From Octopus sinensis (taxonomy: Eukaryota), in contig NC_043022.1 of assembly GCF_006345805.1 (NCBI RefSeq), positions 24,552,001 to 24,616,000 on the forward strand: a stretch of 64,000 nt of DNA. Direction: 5' to 3'. The position numbers and the translations under genes are program-made. Below, piece after piece: positions 54,430-64,000 of this stretch (positions within the stretch are counted from its first letter, which is position 1; every line of letters starts with the position of its first letter). The notes beneath the pieces are model-generated. The model did no database searches. It was not told where the DNA came from and saw nothing but the letters and a program-made list of their open reading frames with translations.

Positions 54430-54660
54430 TAACCCATTTGATACCAACCCACCAGAGACCACGCTTGGTTCTGTGATACGCTCTTCCTGTTTTAAATTGA
54501 TCTAAATTAAAATCTTCTATCAAAATTTCATGTTAATTTTGTTAATTAATATTCCAAACAGCAACTTAATAAGGACAAAGTTATTTTATCAAATTCTTCA
54601 TTATTTTCGAAATTAATTGAAACAAAACCAGTTTATTTCAACAGAAATAAGGTAAAAAAA
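54430..54660. mobile_element. piggyBac-type MITE (family 2), degenerate
   Basis: TTAACCCATTTGATACCAACC start; body similar to 27091-27311 and ~20430-20620. Confidence 0.55.
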
Positions 54661-55019
54661 AACAATGTAAGATTTAAAGACAATTAAATTCAATCAGCCT
54701 TCTCCCTTTTTATTGATCTCTCTGAATTCTGGACACTAAAATGGAAGACATAGCAACTCTGGCATCAAAGACCTCTATTCATTTATTTACAGTTCTTGTA
54801 GATCCATATTCTGATATTAGTCTCTGAAGACCATCACACATATACAACCAACTATTCTAAACTATGAACCTTTTTGTTACCATACTTCTGTCAAAATACA
54901 ATGCCTGTTTCAGTTAATTTTTAAAATAATAAAAAAGATTCGGAAAATAACTGTCATTATAAAGCTGGTGTTTGGAACATCAACTTAAAATTTTGGTGGA
55001 AAGTTTTAATTTAAATAAC

Positions 55020-55247
55020 TTTAACCATTTAGTGTTTAGATTACTCTGTCAAATGTAATACTTTTTTATTCACATTGTTTTGAATTAATTGTGCCTTATC
55101 TCATAGCTTCAAGATTTTGACGATGTGATTATTTATCTTTAGAATGACATTGTAGGGTAGGTGTGAGAGGCTGAATCTCACAAGCTTGAACATAAAACAA
55201 GAATAATATTCTGGTCAGATATGGCCAGTTTAAACACTAAAAGTTTA
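55020..55247. mobile_element. piggyBac-type MITE (family 1), degenerate
   Basis: TTAACCATTTAGTG ... CACTAAAAGTTTAA; body similar to the other family 1 copies. Confidence 0.55.
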
Positions 55248-55839
55248 AAACAGACACAATCTCAGACAGGTTGGTATGAAAAGAATTATGTTGCATCTAA
55301 CGATTAATAATTGATTAGCTAGTGTCCCAAACCCACCAAAAACACAATGTCCACTGGTACATGTTTTTGGTACCACTGCCCACTTCTGCTTCTTTGGAAC
55401 AAAGAAATGCAAGGTTAAGACTCGAGCAAGAATGAAATCCAGGACTTGTTGGCACTAATCGTTTTCTGTTGTTTTATTTTTCTTTCTTTCTACTAAAAGC
55501 ACAAACTGGGAAGGGTCCCAATGCTCAACTGGTACTTATTTTATTGGCCCTGAGAGGATGAAAGGCAAAGTCAACCCTGGCAGAATTCGAACTTGGAATG
55601 TAAAGCTGGAAAAAATACAGCCAAGCATTTTGTCCAGAATGCTAAAATTTTGAATACTATACAAGGGCAGCCTGTTTTGGTTTGTTTCTTAACCACCTCA
55701 GGTTTCTCTTCCTCATCCCTCTCTCTCCTCCGATGTTGAAATAACAACAAAGAGAAGACAACTCTTGCTTCATGTGACAACAGGAAGAGAGAGAAACAGC
55801 AGAAAAGGCTCCACCACCTCAGCCAGCACCACCGCCACT

Positions 55840-56000
55840 TACAGATGTCAACAGAGAAAGGTCAACAAATAGGTGTCAATTTGTTAAGTGTCAACCACTT
55901 CAGAAAAGGTCAAACAGCAGCAGGTATCATTTTGCTACATGAAAGGTCAAACTGCTGTCAATTAGCAAGTGGAGGGTCAAATGGAAGATGTCAACCTCAC
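55840..56000. promoter_or_regulatory. Candidate enhancer: homotypic GTCAA cluster (AAAGGTCA and TGTCAA sites)
   Basis: GTCAA at 55847, 55861, 55875, 55890, 55909, 55946, 55957, 55976 and 55990, all on +. Confidence 0.4.
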
Positions 56001-56801
56001 AACTACATCAATGATTTAGTAACACAACACCAGCCCCACCTCCAACTAGAAACTGCTGGAATATATCAGATACATGTGATTTTTTCTTTTTTTTTTTCTG
56101 GGATTTACCAAGTAGCATCTGAAGCATAATTGTATTGGCTGAGGTGTAGTTATGGGGCCTGGATTAGTTATAGTTTATAGATGTGTGAGTGTGGGAGGTG
56201 AGGGTGTAGTGGAGGCACAATGACAGGGATAAAGGTATCACAGTGTGGTTATTGTTGTCATGGCTGTAGTACAGGTGTGATGGCTGCAGAATATATATAT
56301 ATAGTACAAAGTAAGATAGGGGGTTATGAGGGTAACCCATTATGGGATATCAGTTATCCAATATACTGCTGGTGAAGTACCCAAATACTAAATACATAAA
56401 TGCTTATAATTGCAATGCAATTAATTCATTTATTGTATTGAATGGGTCGAGGTAAAAAATATTTTACCGTAAATTAATAATACAAATAAGAAAATGGAGG
56501 AACAAATTCATTTCAATCATCAACTTACGAATATTACAATTTCATATATATATATATGCACACACACACACACACACACACGTTTCATAATGAGCAGAAC
56601 CTAGGAAGCGGTAAATATCCAACATAAATACCAACAGGTCAGTGCTCGCATAAAAAAGCATAAGCGAAGAGAGAAACGGATTTGCATGGTTTGAAAGATT
56701 GCAATAAAGTGAATGGATAATACGGCTCTATATTTAAGAGACGAGGAATTATGTACATTTTTTACATTAGACGGATATTTGTCCTAATCTTGTCTGTTGT
56801 T

Positions 56802-56847
56802 AACACAACGTTTTGGCTGATGTACCCTCCAACCTTCTTCAGGTGTC
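56802..56847 (-). ncRNA. Hammerhead-like motif (G12A) in the inverted arm of the composite element
   Basis: GACAC CUGAAGA A GGUUG GAGGGUACAU CAGCC AAAA CG U U GUGUU; GAAA changed to AAAA at a former CpG. Confidence 0.55.
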
Positions 56848-56971
56848 TTGGGGAAATTTCGAACCTGGATTCTCATTCCTAAGGTTGCCCATGGGCATAT
56901 GGCATAGTGGTTAAGAGCACAAGCTACTAACCCCAAAGATTCCAAGTTCGATTCCAAGCAGTGACCAGAAC

Positions 56972-57030
<59 letters not shown>

Positions 57031-57079
57031 CATTGAAAAATACCAAACAATGAGAACCCAGGTTCAAAATTTCCCCCAA

Positions 57080-57122
57080 GACACCTGAAGAAGGCTGGAG
57101 GATATATCAGCCAAAACATGTC
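57080..57122 (+). ncRNA. Hammerhead-like motif (G12A, helix III damaged) in the tail of the composite element
   Basis: GACAC CUGAAGA A GGCUG GAGGAUAUAU CAGCC AAAA CAUGUC. Confidence 0.5.
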
Positions 57123-57699
57123 ACAACAAACAAGATGAGGACAAATATCCATCGAATGTAAATAATGTAAATAAAGTGAATGGACTTTGTTAAAGGCAAC
57201 CAAGAGCCAAATATTTATGGCTGTGTGTGTGTGTACATACACATATCTGTTCATGAGGCATGAAAAGGAAAGTTTTTTTCTTTCTTCTTTTTCTTTTACC
57301 AAGTCACACAAGATTGCAAGTGACAACAGAGAGACAGAAGCCGCATTTAATCACACATATTAGCTATTTAATTCCGATCCTCCTCTCTCAACCCCAGAAA
57401 GTCAACCCACTACAGTTCCCTTCCTGCTCACATTCTTTCCTACAGTCAGCAACCTACACACCAGCTGCATCAATATCACCAGTATTTGGGGGCCTGCACA
57501 GGTCAGGGACGCAAAACATTCCTACTGAGGAAGCCACACACACACACACGCATACATGTGTGCACATAAATTTATGCACAAATATACTACTGGCACATTA
57601 ACTACTGCTATGTTAATTTGCTTTTTTCCTTTGTTAAAGACACTAACTGGTACAATACATACCATACACACACACAAACACATGTGTATGTGCATATCT

Positions 57700-58525
57700 A
57701 TCTTATCTTTTACTTGTTTTAATCATTTGACTAGCCATGCTGGAGCCCTGCCTTAAAAGGTTTAGCCAAACAGATCGACCACCTTTCACCCCAGCGCTTA
57801 CTCTTTTATTTGTTCCAGTCACCTGACTGTGGCCATGCTGGAGCACCGCCTTTAGCTGAAGAACCGCTAAGTTACGGGGACGTAAACACACCAGCATCAG
57901 TTGTCAAGAGATGTTGTGGGGACAAACACAGACACACAAATGTATACACATACACATAGATATATATACAAATATAAGATGGGCTTCTTTCAGTTTCCGT
58001 CTACCAAATCCACTCACAAGGCTTTGGTTGGCCCAAGGCAATAGTAGAAGACACTTGTCCAAGGTGCCATGTAAGCGATTGCAGATGTAAACAGACGAAC
58101 ATATGCACATGGGTATATACACACACATTACAACAGGCTTCTTTCAGTTTCTTATTTCTTAATTGCCCACAAGGGGCTAAACATAGAGGGGGCAAACAAG
58201 GACAAACGGATTAAGTTGATTACATCGACCCCAGTGTGTAACTGGTACTTAATTTATTGACCCTGAAAGAATGAAAGTCAAAGTCAACCTCGGCGGAATT
58301 TTAACTCAGAACATAACAGCAGACAAAATACCGCTAAGCATTTCGCCCAGCATGCTAACGTTTCTACCACCTCACCGCTTTCTTTCAGTTTCTGTCTATC
58401 AAATCACTCACAAAATTTTGGTTGGCCTGGGGCTATAGCAAAAGACAGCTGCCCAAATTGCTGTGCAGTGATACACAACTCAAAACAACATGATTGGGAA
58501 ACAAGCTTTTTAACCCAATAGCCAT
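57700..58525 (-). mobile_element. SINE family A pieces with SINE B (58152-58378) inserted
   Basis: 13-bp target duplication TTCTTTCAGTTTC at 58139-58151 and 58380-58392. Confidence 0.7.
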
Positions 58526-59433
58526 GTTTGAGAAAGTTCTTACTCAGTTTCAATCATTATTACAGAATATATTAAAGTATTTGTCCAATATGCCTATAAC
58601 AAGTTTACAAAATGCAAAGGCCTGGAAGGAGAGTTTTCAATTAGAAGAAGCCCTGTGTAAGTAAAGCAATTTATAATAAAATGATAGCTAGGGGCAGGAC
58701 CTAACAGGTGAACAAGGTGACAAGAAAATAAACACTTGATCGCTTGCTAACGAGGTAAAGGTTTATTTCTCACTCTTGACACAGAATCAGTGATCTCAAG
58801 CAGAAAACAAATATTTTACACAACTTTCTCAAATCTTGCTTTCACAAAATTCTCATTCACACCCACAAAGTACTAGAATGCGCATCCACAAACGCACACA
58901 CGGAGGCAAATATATACATACTATGAAATGGCCGAAGTGTGTGAACAGGCATTAACAATAATTAAAAAAAGATTTAAATACACACACACACATGAATGCC
59001 CATACACGCAACACATGGCACACATTATGAAAATCAATAGCTGTAACAACTGTTGAAGAGGTGTACTGACAGTTTAATTAGAAATATATCCTTAATTTAT
59101 GTTGAGTTATGTCAACAACCAGAAGAGGCACTTTGGAAATGGAAGTGCTATGGTAGTTTGCTGAGAGGAAGATCTAGGGCCACAGCCTTCGGGGAACTAG
59201 GGGCCACAGCCTTCAGGGATATCTATTAGAAAGAAAGGGTTTCACCGATGAAAAAGAAAAGTGTGTGTGTGTGTGTTTTGGTTTCAATATTGAAGTTTAA
59301 TGAAAATTGGTGCAGAATAAACAGTAAGTTTGTGATGAGGTAAGTTTACAATATGAAGGTGAGGTTTTGATTCCTAGTTCTTTATATATTTCATGCTCAA
59401 CATTCTCATTTCTAGCTTCCTTTACTCACAGTT

Positions 59434-59844
59434 GGATCTTTTTGGTTTGAATGGCAGTTTTTAAAAATAATTTCTAGGTAACTAAAAAATTTTTAAACTT
59501 CGTACACTGGTAGAATGTGTTTATAAAACATCTTTTTCTCTTGGCTTTATTGAGAAAATTCTATAGTTTGTAAGATATTTGTTGTTTTTTTTCTGCAATT
59601 TCAACCAATCAGTGACATCTATTGAGTTAAAAAAACATTCTGTGCCGTATGAATATGTCCCTCGTTTAAGAAACACATTTGTGAAGAAAAAAAGATACCC
59701 TTCCCCCACCCCTAACCCTAACACTAACTAACCCTAACCCTAAAAGAGATTGAGATGCAATAGATCGACACTAGGGTCATAATTATGGGTGACAATTTCA
59801 TATGACACCGCTAGAAAAAACTGCCATTCAAACCGAAAAGATCC
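59434..59844. mobile_element. MITE (~410 bp) with ~30-bp TIRs and internal (CCCTAA)-like repeats
   Basis: Same TIRs and body as 21965-22378; CCTAACCCTAACACTAACTAACCCTAACCCTAA at 59711-59743. Confidence 0.85.
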
Positions 59845-60809
59845 ATCACAGTTTAATAAGTGGAGTACAAAGTGAAGATTGATAGAAGGCAAAACAGAGT
59901 AGAGAGTAGAAATAGAAGAAAAATTTTAAAAAGACTTAAGAAAAGAGAGAAAAAAGAGAGAGAAAGAATATTTGTCATTGCGGCTGAGTTTGCCCTCACC
60001 ACCATAACCACTTGATAATTGGTGTTGGTGTGTTTACAGTCTGTAACTTAGCAGTTTGATGAAAGTTATTGATAAAATAAGTACAAGGCTTAAAAAAAAA
60101 AATAGTGGAGTTGATTTGTTCAAATAAAATTCTTCAAGGCAGTGCCCCAGCATGACCGCGGTCTGATGTGTTCTTCCGCGTACTGTTTTAAAGATAGCAG
60201 AATAGGAATTCAAAATCTAGCTGCTATCTCTAGCATGTCAGATTGCTGGATGGAGACACCTATTAAACTCTATAGAAAATTTGGTGCATCAATGCATATG
60301 AACGAGGTTGGTTTAGGAGCAGGCACATTTAGAGGGAGAATAACGCTGATTGGTCAGTGTGATCTGACGATGGGTGCACAAAAAAGAGAGAGAGGGGATG
60401 GGAGGATGGGAAGGGCTGCACTCCATGTTCTCTCTGAATGCCATTGTTACATAATCAAGAGAAATCCTTAAACCAACATAAGCAAAAGGTTAAACGGGAT
60501 GGAGTCGGGGGTTAAACTTCCTGTCCCAGTTAGTTCAGGAGATATCAAAGTTGACTTCACACAATAAATCAAGCAAGCAGAAGAAGAAAAAAATCACCAG
60601 TCGGTTTATAAGATGATGATGATGATGATTAGTCCCTGACAGAACCTGATCATGAAGATCTAAAATCCACGATCAAAGGCATTCCATATGTTACCACTCA
60701 CACATTTTCTCCCAAATGTAGTCCTCAATTAGATATAGATATAGGTATAAGGTATTTATGGCTACATTATCTAATGGATCCTTCCTACCCCCCTTTATAT
60801 ATATATATA

Positions 60810-61040
60810 TATTTCTTTATTGCCCACAAGGGGCTAAACATAGAGGGGACAAACAAGGACAGACAAAGGGATTAAGACAATTACATCGACCCCAGTGCGA
60901 AACTGGTACTTTATTTATCGACCCCGAAAGGATGAAAGGCAAAGTCAGCCTCGGCGGAATTTGAACTCAGAACGCAGCGGCAGACAAAATACTGCTAAGC
61001 ATTTCGCCCAGCGCACTAACGTGTCTGCCAGCTCACCCCC
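60810..61040 (-). mobile_element. SINE family B
   Basis: Full-length match. Confidence 0.9.
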
Positions 61041-61095
61041 TTTATAGATATAGGGTAGTTTTTTTTATGCTTCTTTTCTTTTTCAAAATTAAGAT

Positions 61096-62250
61096 TAAGT
61101 TCTATTTAAATCTAAAATATACTCTCCTTCATTTTCTACAATGCTCTTCCTTCTATCTGCAAGGCTCATCTTCCAAAATTTCCTTGTCCATCATGAAAAA
61201 TACTCCTCCAGTACTGTTATTTTTTACCATCCAAATGATTTTGAAAATTGCAGAATAAATGATAATCAGATGGGGCAGTGTCCTGCAAATATGGTGGGGC
61301 ATCGTTCCCCATTCAAACTGCTCCAGCCTTTGGGATGCCATCCTCACTGTATGTGGCCAAGCATGATCTTGATGGAAGAACACCTTTCATCTTGAAACCA
61401 AAGATGGTAATTTTTCTTCTAGTTCTGACTTAAGCCACTCAAGCTGCTTGCACTAGATTTCCTTCGTTATCGTTTAGTTTGGGTTTAAAAGTTCAATGTG
61501 GACTAAACCTTTTATATCCCTCCAAACAGAAAACAACACCTTATGTGGGTGAAGACCTTCTTTTGCCTGGAGTGCCCATGTTTCTTCTTTCCCTACCCAC
61601 TGTCTTTGGCGCTTGACATTTGTTTAGAGAACCCATTTCTCATCACCAGTCACTATTCATTCCAAAAAAGGATCATTCGTGAGATGTGACAGCAAAGAAG
61701 AGCACAAATTCACTCACTATGCCTGATTAGACTCGGAAAGTTTATGCAGAACCCATTGTCCCAATTGCTGACTTTTCTGATGGCATGCAGGTCTCGATGA
61801 ATGGTTGAACGACCAAATCCAAGCTTCTCTTCTAGTTCCTCAACAGTTACAATAGGATTTTGTTCCACCAGGGTTTGCAGGACATCCTCGTTGAGCTCTA
61901 CAGATCTTCCAGGACAAGGCTCATCTTCTAGGTTGTAGTTTCCAGCTCGGAATTTCTGGAATCACCGTTGACACTGGCTTATGCTTATTGTCTGATCCCC
62001 ATATACTGCATTAATATTTCTCGCACTTTTCATTGTGTTGTTGTTGCCTTTATTGAACTCATAAAGCAAAAATATGCTCCTTTGTCATTTCCATCATAGC
62101 TTTGAAAAAATAACTGTTAAAATCAAACTGCACTCTTCAAAACTTGCACTAAGAATAAATACACGGTAAAATTACTACCTGCTTTTATAGCAAGTTGATG
62201 CAAGTAGTTTATCCCGTCCCCCTCCAACTTTTAGTTTATGCAATTGAAAA
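61096..62250 (-). mobile_element. Decayed near full-length mariner (DD34D-type) transposon; transposase pseudogene ~62094-61096
   Basis: Manual translation across frameshifts and stops: MEMTKEHI..LLYEFNKG..QCQRWFQKFRAGNYNLEDEP..IVTGDEKWVL..VLFSVWRDIKG..FFHQDHAWPHT..EWGTMPH..VENEGEYILD; these are characteristic mariner HTH and catalytic-domain motifs. Confidence 0.9.
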
Positions 62251-62289
62251 GGGAGAGACACACACACACACACACCACACACACACACA

Positions 62290-62456
62290 CATTAGGCTTC
62301 TATCAGTTCCTGCCTACCAAATCTACTTACAAAGGCTTTGGTCGGCCCAAGGCAATAATATAAGACACTAGCCTAAAGTACCATACAGTGGGGCTAAACC
62401 CAGAACCATGTAGTTGGGAAGCAAACTTTTTACCACACAGCCACGCCTGTGCCTAT
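62290..62456 (-). mobile_element. SINE family A 5' half
   Basis: Head and CORE-like segment recognisable. Confidence 0.7.
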
Positions 62457-63297
62457 CAGTTTTTTGGGGGTTTTTTTATGCTGACTGTAAGAGGCTAAAT
62501 CTATAGTTGTAATTGTTGGCTGTTAAATATAAGGATTGGCATGCAAGACAAGCCAGTTTCACCTTACACACAGACACATCTTCACCACTAAGGTGGCTAC
62601 TTTTACTCTGAGAGATGTCATCATCTATCACTGTATCTGTCACATTGTGTTTGTTTAACTGAAATGAAGCTGTATTAGAACAGGAATTACATTCCACAAG
62701 AAAATGGTCTAAAACGACTTCTAGGCACTTTGGTGCATTAATATGGCATCACACCAGACAAAGAAATGGAGAAATGGCTTGGGCTTGTATATCATCAATA
62801 CAAGAAACAGCAGCCAAACTTCACTCAAATCATATTTTACCACCTTAACATATGGAAGAAAGCAGTGGTAGATGCAAATTATGGAATAAAAGATGTTATG
62901 GTTATAGTAAGATTGGCTTTGAGAAGAGGTTTGTATGCTCTATTAGGGTTGACTCCGGGTTAAACAACAGCAGCAACAGTTATGATCATCGGCACAAGCA
63001 ACTGGTTGCAAAAGAAAAAAACAATTATTTTCACTAGAAGGGTGTTTTGTTTTTTTTTTTCTTTTTTTGACACGTTTTTCATTTTCTGCTTTGACTGACA
63101 AAACACAGCCCAGAGGAATGATACACAAACACTGATGCAACAAAGTCAAACAGGTGTATTGTACTACCAACTCAAAGGTGCTGAGTTCAATCCCACCTCA
63201 GGGATTTGATAGTGTACTGGAGCAGTAAATTTCGTTTCTTGCTTTTTATCTTCCAACCCTGGCCCACATAGGAATAAATACTCACACACACACTTAC

Positions 63298-63480
63298 ACA
63301 GAGCTCGCGCAAGCCTAACTCAAGACACACTTGGCGTCGTCCTATCCAAAGGAAAAATATTAATTTCTCACTCTCTCTCTCTCAATACCGTGAAAACTGA
63401 GCTAAGAACTGGCACTCATGGGTCCCTCGGGGAGGCTGTGGCAGATATTTAAACTGAGGTGGGCGGATGGTTGTTTAAAC
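63298..63480 (-). promoter_or_regulatory. Candidate promoter / non-coding first exon of a minus-strand gene
   Basis: Local CpG retention (GCTCGCGC, GGCGTCG, GGGCGG box 63461-63466), TATA-like TTTAAATA (63453-63446 on -), GT|GTAAGT donor at 63297 on -. Confidence 0.25.
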
Positions 63481-64000
63481 AGAGAGAGAAACAAACATGC
63501 TTAAGCTATCAGCATCATCATCATTTTCGGAGTATTACAAAGTAGTTTCCTCAGTGGATTCACTTAATAAATGAGTTCTAATTTCAGAGAGACATCATCA
63601 CCACCACCACCACCACCACCATCAACAACAACAACAACTGCAGCAAAGCATTCATTATCAACAGAAGAGCTAAAGTCATCAGCTTCTGTCAGAACTGACA
63701 TTCCACACATTCAACTATCTCTCCCTCTCATCTAATATTCCACCATTCTCTACTGAAATTCCATCTTCATTCATCATTACCATCACAGTCGTCATCATCA
63801 GCCACAACGCCCCTCCCCGCCGCCTTCCAACTCACCCCAAGCCACCCTCCCATCATCATCCACATCATCATCGTCATCATCATCATCAATACCCCTACCA
63901 TTCTCATCGTTTTAGCATCAACTTTGCATGCTCTGTTAAAGGGGATATTTTATTGCTACAATAAAGCATCTAGTTATTGATTTCATCCTGGTGACTATTG

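Larger units (their letters stand above)
56718..57169 (+). mobile_element. Composite non-autonomous retroelement: inverted tail copy + tRNA-derived head + (AAT)n + Penelope-like tail with hammerhead-like motif
   Basis: A box TGGCATAGTGG (56900-56910), B box GTTCGATTCC (56946-56955), (AAT)n ~56972-57027, tail ~57028-57169. Segment ~56750-56877 is the reverse complement of ~57049-57169. Perfect 15-bp direct repeat AATAAAGTGAATGGA at 56703-56717 and 57170-57184. Confidence 0.75.

Noticed and set aside
62500-62940. Possible decayed transposase-like coding remnant (DVIIYHCICH resembling hAT HCIIH)
   Set aside because: Flanking translation does not continue any motif series I can recognise.

Overview
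AT-rich, microsatellite-saturated, non-coding animal DNA. The SINE families and the (TA)n/(CA)n/(AAT)n/(GTA)n load look like an octopod (Octopus-type) genome; this is recognition by eye, not a database result. I find no intact protein-coding gene: the ORF track consists of microsatellite read-throughs, repeat-derived frames or short unrecognised frames. Recognisable content: dozens of tRNA-derived SINE copies in at least four families (most on the minus strand), piggyBac-type TTAA MITEs, a ~410 bp MITE with telomere-like hexamers, decayed DNA transposons (a near full-length DD34D mariner, a DD37D maT fragment, a pogo C-terminus) and three RTE-clade LINE 3' ends. The most interesting signal is a set of nine minimal type I hammerhead-ribozyme-like motifs of the kind associated with Penelope-like retroelements. 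Two of them sit in a composite unit at 56718-57169 bounded by a 15-bp direct repeat: a tRNA-like Pol III head, (AAT)n, a hammerhead-bearing tail and an inverted copy of that tail. It looks like a SINE mobilised by a Penelope-like element. Unique stretches contain enhancer-like motif clusters (nine GTCAA in ~150 bp; a DR4/NBRE cluster; an exact 23-mer POU-type duplication). A CpG-richer promoter/first-exon candidate near 63.3-63.5 kb could make most of the window intronic to a minus-strand gene.
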